Of a stretch of DNA of 64,000 nt, positions 53,789 to 64,000 are shown piece after piece. Where the stretch lies: the NCBI GenBank assembly GCA_964019425.1, contig OZ025781.1, positions 310,001 through 374,000 on the forward strand, in the 5' to 3' direction. The position numbers and the translations under genes are program-made. This stretch comes from Flectonema sp. DT1601 (Eukaryota). The stretch's first letter is position 1; every line of letters starts with the position of its first letter. The notes below the pieces were generated by a model. That model saw only the letters and a program-made list of their open reading frames with translations, searched no databases and was not told the origin of the DNA.

Positions 53789-56041
53789 TTACACGATTCT
53801 CAAGTTAAGCTTATCCTCCAGATTGCGAACCTTTCTCTCCATTTTTAAAAAAGAAGCACTGGAATGTTCGAACTGCTCTCTCATTACTCGACTTTCATGA
53901 GAGACTCTACTTAGCTCTTCTCTTAGCCATGTGACTGATCCTCCATCGTGTGTTAGTTGGTGTGGATGTCTGACCATCGAAGAGACATCTTCGTTGAGGT
54001 TTTCAATTGCATCTCCCGCAGCCTTTACTCCATTACGAAGACGATTTATTTCAGTTTTAACATCTTTCGTACCTCTGTCAGATTCGGATCGAAGACGGCT
54101 GACTTCCATACGAAGAGCGCTTACCTCGTCTACTAGGTTTCGGTTTTGCCTTTGAAGAGATGATATTTCAGAATCCATTTCAAGTAGTTGGTGACTCTGA
54201 TGATCGTAAGCAGCTGAACTTCGGAGTGATCTCGGGCTTCCCAATCGATCTCTCTCTCCTGAAAAATGATCCCTCGATTGACTGCTGACACTCGTTGCTG
54301 TCGCATTCAACTTCTTTTCCAACACCTTACACGCTACTCGCAATGCTTTTCTTTCACTACCTGCTTCATTCATATTCGTGTACACTCTTGCGAATTGAGA
54401 TGCGAACTCGCCTTTCACGCCGGCATGGATTTCCTCTGCTTCCTTTTTAAAGTTAGCAAGAGTTTCGGTAATCTCAGCCCGTAAAGCGGAAAGAGTCGAA
54501 GGATCAGAGTAATAAAGACCTGGAGAAGCAGGCAAAGACGCCGCAGGCAGAGATCCTGCAGGTAGAGAAGCAGCAGGAAACGAAGTCCCCGAAAGTGGTG
54601 TTACCTGCGGTTGTAGTAGTTGAGACAGCTGCTGTGGAGGTGCGAGATGAAGTTGTCCAGGCTCGGAAAAGTTTGAAGGACGAGATGCTTGCACAGATCG
54701 TGAAAGAGAATGTCCGTTACTGCTCGTCGACTTTCTTGTCTCAGTCGGAGTTACCGATGGGGAAGCTGAAGAGAATTGACCGATATCTTCAAAGTCACTC
54801 GCATGACCCACCTGACCAATCCCCTGAGGCAGAGACAGATGCTGCTGGTGTTGATGTTGGTGCTGGTGCTGATGTTGGTGTTGGTGTTGCTGTTGCTGCT
54901 GTTCGGTTGCAGTTTTTATATTTATTAAATCAAAAGGTGCCGCTGCGATTAACAAACCCAATACACCAGACACTGCAGACTGACAACACTTTTCACTGAG
55001 AGCCGATGATTCGTATTTTTTATTATCACTTTTCTCATTAGTCACAATAACTTGTGGAGGTGATCCAATCTCTCGTCTTGGATGCTCAGCGAACTCAGCT
55101 CTGTCATCTTCTATGGCTGCAGAACTGGTAGGGTCTGCCTCTAATTCACTACCTTCAAACAGTTCTTTATAAAATATAATAAAGGCAACTAATGATTGCA
55201 TGCGTCCTTCATCTTTCTGTTCTCTCTCTTCTTCAGACAATTCACCATATTCAGTTTCCGGTATGATGGTGTACGTCTTGTCTTCAATAATACTAGAAAT
55301 AGTAACAGCCATAGAGATATCAGTTCCACGAGCGCAGATGTAGCAGGCGCGGAATATTCTTTTTAAGATAGCGTAATGAACGGATGACCCAGCGTCTATT
55401 TGATTAACGATATGCCTGACTTGTTTAACATAAAGACCGTATCGTTCAGGTGATTGAGACCACAGTAGTATATCAGCTATGCGAGAAGGCTCACGTATAG
55501 ATCTAGAAGTGTATCCCATATGAAGCCATGTGTACTGCAGGTCTGTTGAGACCGATAGCAGCAATTCCTGACATTTTCTTGGAATCAAACAATCACCTGC
55601 TCTAGTAGTGTTTTCTAAAAACCCAACCAACAGATACCATGATAGAACGCTTACAGATAGATCTTTAGTTCCCTGAACACATGATGCTAACTTTTCTCTT
55701 TCGATTGCTCGTTTGTCAAGTTTTGTTATGGCTCTCTTTACCTTTTCAAGATGCATTTTATTATTCGAAACATTCTCAAGTTGATCTTCTTTTAACGTAT
55801 CTGAATTTTTCTCAATTAGCTCACACAGAATTAAAATAATTAGGGGTACTTCCGCATCTCCTTCCTCTTTTTTTATAAGATCTGGGTATGAAATCATGTC
55901 CTTACCCATTTCTTTTTTACCAGAATGCTTTCCGCAGCGATCGTGCATTAGACTCTCCCATTCAACAATTTGAGAGATGCTGCTGATTCTTTCAGGTTGA
56001 AAATACGGTGCTCCGGCATTCTTACGAGCGATGCATACCAT
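53789..56041 (-). CDS. Hypothetical protein: RhoGAP-like helical region, Q/QH repeat, C-terminal coiled coil
   Basis: 750-aa ORF from MVCIARK. VPLIILILCELIE...CLIP...HYAILKRIF is loosely RhoGAP-like. Heptad-rich C-terminus. Confidence 0.65.
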   Translation of the reverse strand: MVCIARKNAGAPYFQPERISSISQIVEWESLMHDRCGKHSGKKEMGKDMISYPDLIKKEEGDAEVPLIILILCELIEKNSDTLKEDQLENVSNNKMHLEKVKRAITKLDKRAIEREKLASCVQGTKDLSVSVLSWYLLVGFLENTTRAGDCLIPRKCQELLLSVSTDLQYTWLHMGYTSRSIREPSRIADILLWSQSPERYGLYVKQVRHIVNQIDAGSSVHYAILKRIFRACYICARGTDISMAVTISSIIEDKTYTIIPETEYGELSEEEREQKDEGRMQSLVAFIIFYKELFEGSELEADPTSSAAIEDDRAEFAEHPRREIGSPPQVIVTNEKSDNKKYESSALSEKCCQSAVSGVLGLLIAAAPFDLINIKTATEQQQQQHQHQHQHQHQHQHQQHLSLPQGIGQVGHASDFEDIGQFSSASPSVTPTETRKSTSSNGHSLSRSVQASRPSNFSEPGQLHLAPPQQLSQLLQPQVTPLSGTSFPAASLPAGSLPAASLPASPGLYYSDPSTLSALRAEITETLANFKKEAEEIHAGVKGEFASQFARVYTNMNEAGSERKALRVACKVLEKKLNATATSVSSQSRDHFSGERDRLGSPRSLRSSAAYDHQSHQLLEMDSEISSLQRQNRNLVDEVSALRMEVSRLRSESDRGTKDVKTEINRLRNGVKAAGDAIENLNEDVSSMVRHPHQLTHDGGSVTWLREELSRVSHESRVMREQFEHSSASFLKMERKVRNLEDKLNLRIV
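54839..54902 (-). repeat. Coding microsatellite encoding poly-Q/(QH)n
   Basis: CAR/CAY codon run giving QQQQQHQHQHQHQHQHQQH. Confidence 0.9.
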
Positions 56042-56169
56042 GGTGTGGGTGTTGCTGAATGAATTGGTTTTTGTTTTTAAAAAAAAATAATGAAAACAGA
56101 AAAAATAAGTTTTTTTTTTTTTGATCATACGTGTAACTATTAGTTTTGCATTATAGCTTTAAAAGATTT

Positions 56170-56352
56170 TTAGATTGCCAGCATTACAGTTTCTGACTTA
56201 TCATCCTTCCCAGTTGGTAGTTGAGGTATGCTACCAGATTTATTAGAAATTTTAGATTTCACGACTATATCGGGAGACCAGTTGGAAGCTTTATTATTAA
56301 CAGCTGCTGGTCCACATGACAGCATTCCATTCACTGTACGGCAGTCACTCAT
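56170..56352 (-). CDS. 60-aa small ORF (small gene or uORF)
   Basis: ATG 21 nt after an ACCAG acceptor. Coding-like sequence without homopolymers (MSDCRTVNGMLSCGPAAV...). Confidence 0.4.
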   Translation of the reverse strand: MSDCRTVNGMLSCGPAAVNNKASNWSPDIVVKSKISNKSGSIPQLPTGKDDKSETVMLAI

Positions 56353-56917
56353 ATTGTGGGGAAGGTGTGAAGACTGGTTTTTTGAGTGTTTTTTTTTTTT
56401 TTTTTTTTTGTTGTTTTGTAGTAAACAAAAACATAATGAGATATCAGACAGAGACTTCTTCAGTGACATGGCCTCTCCGTTCGATCTGTTGTAATAAATT
56501 ATTATGATATGAATCGTTCGTTGTATTCATTCTTCTTCAGCATTAACGAGGCTTTTCAAAAGATCAAAAAAAAAAAAAAATAATAAAAATCGAATAAAAA
56601 ACAATCGGCGAAAATCAGGTGAAATAAAACAGGTGGAAGCCGAGCAGTATTAACTGCCCAGCAAGATCTTGTTTGGTTGTTTTTTTTTTTTTCTTTTTTC
56701 TCATTTTGTCAACAGTACACAAAGTGAACTTTTTGTTTACTTTTATTCTCACATCTTTTTTTTTTTTTTTTTTTGTGAATTCACCTCTTCATTCAGTCCT
56801 CTCGTTCAGTATCTGTCAAAAAGAAAAAATTTCCCGGTGGGCGATAATTTGGTGCATCCACGGGAGAGGGTTTTTAGCAGGGATTGAGGAGAAAGGGGAA
56901 ACAGTAAATTTAACTTT

Positions 56918-58576
56918 TTAGTCTTCGATCACATAGCGTTGAAGCTTGAAAGTTCCCTCTCCATTAGGAAACTTAAATGTCCCATCTATAACACCTCTGC
57001 GGTTGAAGGCTCCTTTGCAAACACCGCCATTGTCGAGGGTCAGTTCGAGGACAAGTTTATTATCTTTCGTCATGGCTCTCATCTTTGCTTGGTATGTGAC
57101 GTCTATTTTACCGTTTTGAACGCGAGCGATTCCAATTACTTGACGTGTTTCTTTATTAAGAGAGACCAGATTGAGTTCGAAATTTTCAAAAGAACGACGT
57201 CCAAATTCGGTTCTTCGCAGAGCTCCCTTCCACTCACTAGGAGGTGTCAAGGTATTTCTAGCCTCATCCAGAGCAGTTCCCATGTTGGTGATCTTGTCGA
57301 CATCCACAGCAGCTGTTGCGCGAACTGCCCGAGGAGAAGACATAGACTGCGCCTTAGCGTGACTCGAAGGAACTTGAGGACAGTCACTTTCCACCTTCAT
57401 AATCTGAGCTTTTGTTCTGTTCATCACCGTACCTAATAAAAGTTTTCTCTTGTCTGCAAGTGTCGTAGGTTGTGGTTTTAAATTCATGTTTGCAGCCTCC
57501 ATTACAGTAGCAGCAAAACGTTGTTCATTTATAGTGAGCTTCTTATCCTTGTGTCCTCCTTGTTTAAATAAGGCAGCTGCTGTATTAACCCTGTTGGTGA
57601 CGGTTGCGGATGCCACCGTATCAGCCAAAGCAGAACCAAGACCACCACTGCTGGAACTTGCTGATAAGTCCACAGCTCTACTTGTGCCTGAATATCCGGT
57701 TCTCTTAGCACCAGTGGAGGCTCCAGCGGAGGCACCTCCTGAAGAAACTTTTGCTGGAGCCACGTATCTCGCATCGGAGGTAGTCAAGGCAGAAATCTGA
57801 TCATCCTCCATACTGGTCGCTCCATGTGCTGGACTCCCTCTCGCAAATAATTTCCTTCTTGAGACAGCCTTACAGCTACTTGGATCTAATTTTATATTTT
57901 TTGGTTTGACTCCAAAAGTTTCATAACACGTGATAATCTCATTCAGAGACAAGGCAGCGATTGACTTCTCAAAACTAGCGATGTCACCACTAACTTTACT
58001 TGTAAATCCGTGGAACAGTAATCTAGCTCCCTGAGAGGTTGAGAACAAGGAGTTGATACTGACGGTGGTTCCGGTGGACTTCTGAATGGCTTTCTGAGCT
58101 GCTTTTTTAATATTTTCCTTCGCACCACTGTTCAGTGGAGCGATGTACATTCCCTTGAAGGTTACCTCACCTGATAAAACAGAAGTCTGGTCCTGAGGTG
58201 ACTTTACGGTACCTAAAATACGAGACGTCGACAACGGAGCCGGAGGTCCTACCGGCCAAGCCTTTTCATTCAAACGTTCGGAGTACATTTTCTTCTTTTG
58301 TTGTTTAGCTTTTTCTTGCCAACCTACAGGAGCAGCATTCTTCCATCCGTCACCGCTGGTTGCAATTACAGCAGAGATGGGTCTTCTTATTGGGTTTTCA
58401 GTTGGTCCCCAAAAATGAGCCGAAAGACCTTTTCCCCAATAGGCTTCTTGATTACAAGAATGAACTATGTCATCATCAGACATTGTGACTTCGCCATCAA
58501 GATAACGTTCCATCTTTGCCCAGTCAGTCTCCCCACCTCCAATTGGAGAAAGCCATGCATCTTCCTTACCAGGCAT
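56918..58576 (-). CDS. Hypothetical 552-aa protein with C-terminal beta-barrel-like domain
   Basis: Long ORF, Ala/Ser-rich linker, C-terminal EWKG...IDGTFKFPNGEGTFKLQR alternating-strand pattern. Confidence 0.7.
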   Translation of the reverse strand: MPGKEDAWLSPIGGGETDWAKMERYLDGEVTMSDDDIVHSCNQEAYWGKGLSAHFWGPTENPIRRPISAVIATSGDGWKNAAPVGWQEKAKQQKKKMYSERLNEKAWPVGPPAPLSTSRILGTVKSPQDQTSVLSGEVTFKGMYIAPLNSGAKENIKKAAQKAIQKSTGTTVSINSLFSTSQGARLLFHGFTSKVSGDIASFEKSIAALSLNEIITCYETFGVKPKNIKLDPSSCKAVSRRKLFARGSPAHGATSMEDDQISALTTSDARYVAPAKVSSGGASAGASTGAKRTGYSGTSRAVDLSASSSSGGLGSALADTVASATVTNRVNTAAALFKQGGHKDKKLTINEQRFAATVMEAANMNLKPQPTTLADKRKLLLGTVMNRTKAQIMKVESDCPQVPSSHAKAQSMSSPRAVRATAAVDVDKITNMGTALDEARNTLTPPSEWKGALRRTEFGRRSFENFELNLVSLNKETRQVIGIARVQNGKIDVTYQAKMRAMTKDNKLVLELTLDNGGVCKGAFNRRGVIDGTFKFPNGEGTFKLQRYVIED

Positions 58577-58709
58577 TGTTTTATGTTTTGACGGCTGTTT
58601 AATGTGATATACTTACTTTGTAAACTAATCGTACGAGGTTCACATACCACTTCTAAGGTGTGAAGTTCGACTGAAATATCAGAAAATGAAAAAAAAAAAA
58701 AAAACTGAA

Positions 58710-59867
58710 CTAAAATGCCGTCAAAGCTGCCTCAATATCTTCGATGAGGTCGAACGGGTCCTCTGCTCCGATTGATAGCCGCAGAGTAGATTCATAGATG
58801 CCGATTGCTTCTAGTTCTGAGGGTGACATAGAGCCGTGAGACATTGATGCTGTGTGGTTAATCATGCTTTCGATACCACCAAGTGACTCTGCTAGTACGA
58901 AGTATTTTAATTTACTAAGAAACGACCGAATTCCGTCACTTTCACAATCCAAACGAATAGTGACCACCGCTCCACCTGATTTCATTTGCCGTTTGCAAAG
59001 ATCATTCTGTGGATGAGATGACAACCCCGGGTAATACACTTCTCTTATTTTTGAATGATTCTCAAAATGAGTTGCTATTTTCAAAGCATTACTACATTGT
59101 TTGGTCATTCGAAGATCTAACGTTTTAAGACCTCGTAAGGCCAAGTAAGAATCAAAAGGAGAGGCTACTGCCCCAACTGTTGTTTTAATGAAGTCAAGTT
59201 CCTCAGCTAAATCTGATCGATTTGTTATGAGAGCACCGCCAATAAGATCGGAATGTCCTCCGATGTACTTACTGGTCGATAACATAACAATATCCGCCCC
59301 TAGAGAAAGAGGTCTCTGATTCCATGCTGTTGCAAACGTATTGTCAACACATGTTATTGTTTGATGACGTTTTGCTATTTCACAAATTTTCGCAATGTCA
59401 ACGAGATGTAAAAGAGGGTTGCTTGGAGTTTCCAACCAAATCATTTTCGTTTCCTCTTCGATAACTAACTTCTCCAACTTCTCCAAGTCGATCATATTTA
59501 CGTATGATGTTCTCAACCCGGTAGTCTTCTTTTTTAATTTTTCAAATATCCGGTAAGTTCCTCCATACACTCCCTCCACCACAATGACATGTGAGTCTTT
59601 CTCAAGCAACTCCAACGCCAAAGACGTCGCAGCCATTCCTGACGATGTAGCTGTCGCGTATATACCTCCCTCTAGCTCTGTTAGAGCCTCCTCATAAGCA
59701 TTTCTGGTTGGATTCGAACAACGTGAATAGCAGTACTTTTCATTACTGTTGATATCAACTTGAGAAAACGAACTCGAGGTAACAATTGGAGGCATGACGG
59801 CATTATGAGCCTTTGGTACATGGCTTCCAGCATGTATCGCTAGCGTTGCCATGTTCTTGGATGACAT
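58710..59867 (-). CDS. Cystathionine gamma-lyase/synthase (Cys/Met metabolism PLP enzyme)
   Basis: Motifs TLAIHAG, YSRCSNPT, SSGMAA, YGGT, ETPSNP, VDNTF, STSKYIGGHSD (PLP Lys), ESLGGIES, LRLSIGAE. 385 aa. Confidence 0.95.
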   Translation of the reverse strand: MSSKNMATLAIHAGSHVPKAHNAVMPPIVTSSSFSQVDINSNEKYCYSRCSNPTRNAYEEALTELEGGIYATATSSGMAATSLALELLEKDSHVIVVEGVYGGTYRIFEKLKKKTTGLRTSYVNMIDLEKLEKLVIEEETKMIWLETPSNPLLHLVDIAKICEIAKRHQTITCVDNTFATAWNQRPLSLGADIVMLSTSKYIGGHSDLIGGALITNRSDLAEELDFIKTTVGAVASPFDSYLALRGLKTLDLRMTKQCSNALKIATHFENHSKIREVYYPGLSSHPQNDLCKRQMKSGGAVVTIRLDCESDGIRSFLSKLKYFVLAESLGGIESMINHTASMSHGSMSPSELEAIGIYESTLRLSIGAEDPFDLIEDIEAALTAF

Positions 59868-60188
59868 TTTTTTTTTTTTTTTTTCCCCTTTTTTTTTTTT
59901 TAGGGGGAAAAAAAAAAAAAAAAAAAAAAATTGAGGATAGAAAAATATCAAGAAAACTGGACCAAACCGAAAGATCGCGAGTGACTATTGTGATTCCATT
60001 CCCTCCATTGTTTTTTTTTTTTTTTCTTCTTTTTTTTTTTTCTCCTCCCCATCACCAGTAAGAACCACTCACACGATCTCAAGCACAAAAAAATAAAAAA
60101 CCAAACCGATTACTGAATAGTAAAAAACTTCATTGAACGACAGTCATTTCCGTCAAAATATCAATCTTGTTTTTTTTTTTGAGAAAAG

Positions 60189-61364
60189 TTATTTTTCTCG
60201 AAGTATGATTTTCGGATCGTAGGTTCTTTGAGCTCTCTCTTTGAGCATGTGAACGAGTTCTTCATGAGACCTATTCTTCTGTCCAATATTAACATAATTC
60301 TTAGCTAACGTGTCATAGTCTTTAATCATTAAGTAAAACCAAATTATAGCAAAGTCCCAATTACGGTTAGAAAACACAATGCAATCATGTTCAGCAAGTG
60401 ATTTTATGTTTGATGCAAACAACGAAGGCAATTCCGTGTAATGAGCCGAAGGATACAAATGATGAATAATATGATAGCCATCATTAAAACATCTGCTGTT
60501 ATAGGAACTGTTGATTATATTAATTGAATGGCCGTAATTCGTAGTAGGCTCGTCAGGATTGATAAAAGCGTGTTGTCCCCAATTACCTGCCATCATCCCA
60601 AGCCTCATAATCAACACTGGAGCTATCAGTACAAAGAATGTTGAAGTTGGTCTCGAACTAAAATGATAAATTGTAAACAACAACCATCCGATTTCTCCTG
60701 CGAAAAATCTCATTAAAAGTTTCGTATTCTTCCCAGCCATTAACTTGTACAAGTCCCGATGACAAAACAAGAAATTGAAAAAATAACAACACCAATGTCT
60801 GAATGAGTCTCTTTTATAAATCATTGTACTACTCAAGTCAGTAAAATAATTATTTTGAATGTGATGCATTCCAATATGGTGAACGTAGTATGTTTCTGGA
60901 GTCTCACCAAACAACGGTCCCAACACAGTGCTGTAGTACTGCCATACTATGTCTGACAATGCTCCGTTAAAAACAGGTTTATGAGCGAGTACGTGTAATC
61001 CTAATACATATGTATCCATGTGAGTAAACCACATGAAGAAATGAACAATCGCTAAAACATATATCATTGGGCTACTCTCATCTGCATAGTATAAAAACCA
61101 AACACACAACGGAAGGAATAGTAAAGACCAAACTAAAATATGTTTAAGTATCAAAGTATCTCTTCCTGGATCAACAAGAACTTTTCTAGCAGTAGGAAGT
61201 AGTACGTAGCGCTCAAATACTGACGGTAGTAAGTTAGGTATAAAATCAAGATGTGGTTCATATTTTTCCCATGCGCCGTATGAATGTTTTTCTCCGAGTG
61301 GGTCTATAATTGGATCGCTACCTGAAATAGAAAGTTTGGTCCTGCCACCGGTACTACTGTCCAT
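60189..61364 (-). CDS. Membrane di-iron fatty-acid desaturase-superfamily protein
   Basis: His boxes HVLAH, HHIGMHH, GNWGQH, NDGYHIIHH; several TM helices. Confidence 0.88.
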   Translation of the reverse strand: MDSSTGGRTKLSISGSDPIIDPLGEKHSYGAWEKYEPHLDFIPNLLPSVFERYVLLPTARKVLVDPGRDTLILKHILVWSLLFLPLCVWFLYYADESSPMIYVLAIVHFFMWFTHMDTYVLGLHVLAHKPVFNGALSDIVWQYYSTVLGPLFGETPETYYVHHIGMHHIQNNYFTDLSSTMIYKRDSFRHWCCYFFNFLFCHRDLYKLMAGKNTKLLMRFFAGEIGWLLFTIYHFSSRPTSTFFVLIAPVLIMRLGMMAGNWGQHAFINPDEPTTNYGHSINIINSSYNSRCFNDGYHIIHHLYPSAHYTELPSLFASNIKSLAEHDCIVFSNRNWDFAIIWFYLMIKDYDTLAKNYVNIGQKNRSHEELVHMLKERAQRTYDPKIILREK

Positions 61365-62455
61365 TTTTTTTTTTCTTTTTTTAAAGGAAATTTTCTGTTA
61401 GGGGATTAAAATAAGTTTAACGAAAAATAATAAACCAAAAGCAAGCAACCTCACGCCATAGACAATAACAGGTGGCAGAACAGATACTCGGGTAGGGGTT
61501 TTTTTTACATTTTCGTTTTTGTTCTATCCTGTTAAACGTCTTTCTTCTTTTATTTCTTAATACTTTTTTTACTTTTTTTTTTCTTCTCACGATAAGCAGT
61601 GGTTCCTTGTGAGGTGTGTAGGAAGCTTCTGAGAATTTCCTTTTTTTTTTTTACTTTTACAGGTTGGGAGAAAAAAAAATTAAAAAAAAAAAAAAAAAAA
61701 CCGACTGCGCGCAGGAATCCACACAGTATCCTTTTCGGGTGATGTCTAAGCTACTATTTCGCTAGATACATCGATTAAGCATTATTTTAGGTGGGTTATA
61801 CAAGGGAAGCGTGTAGGGATGGAATACCCAACTTTCTGTTCTCTTTTTTTTTTATTTTTTATTGTTACTTTTTTTTTTTTTTTCTTCCAAATTGTATTTC
61901 CTCGACCTCTTAAAAATTTTGGGTAGACTCGTTCAAAGACAGGCGAAAACTCACTCCTCCTCACTATTTCCCTTTAAGCTTTAAAAGAAAATCGCAAAAA
62001 AATTGCGAAAATCTGCCCACTCAACTTCCCTTTTTACAAACAAACAAACAAAAAAAGTGGGGTAGGGACCTTTCTGCTTGCGAGCAAAAAACCTGTTGCC
62101 AAAGGAACATAAAACATGTCAAACCAACTCATTGTTGGGTGAAAACAATCGTTCCTTTTTCAAAAAGCATCGCCCACGTTGGCCTCACTCTTGTGCCGGC
62201 AACACGCATTGCAATCGACTGCTTTAGATTTACATTAACGGTAATGGTTTTTTCAGGTAGCTTCAACAGCAAGCAAAAGAAGAACAAAACAAGAATCGGG
62301 ATGGGGGAAATGAGTGACATGTGGGGAGAAACACGGAGAAATAAATAAAAACAAGAAGTAAACTACTATTCAACACTTCGTCTGTCCAATACAAAGATCG
62401 ACTTGTGACGTCAGCGTGATGCACTCGGTAGGCTGAGGCAGTAGAATCAACAGGC

Positions 62456-64000
<1,545 letters not shown>

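Overview
Gene-dense, AT-rich eukaryotic nuclear DNA. About 31 protein-coding genes lie head-to-tail, all on the minus strand, separated by poly(A)/poly(T)-rich spacers. Nearly every start codon has a YAG acceptor a short distance upstream, and several genes have short (about 50-170 nt) GT-AG introns. Together with kinetoplastid-type proteins (eL15, a Trl1-type RNA ligase, a PH1-like pseudokinesin, a CAP-cytidylyltransferase fusion, an ATP synthase i/j-like subunit), this points to a euglenozoan, most plausibly a diplonemid; that assignment is inference. I found no tRNA, rRNA, CRISPR array or recognisable transposon. Main observations: (1) an apparent two-class splice-site code, with GTNTG donors paired to A/C-rich ACAG acceptors and GT(C/G)AGT-type donors paired to polypyrimidine acceptors; (2) recurrent 9-32 nt 5'-UTR mini-exons; (3) a Dpy-30/RIIa-like + 9-ankyrin + glutaminase with domain order inverted relative to animal GLS; (4) several catalytically degenerate domains; (5) mosaic tandem paralogues (eL15 x3, MAM33 x2); (6) a bacterial-looking cystathionine gamma-lyase. 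All family calls come from motif recognition by eye, not database searches.
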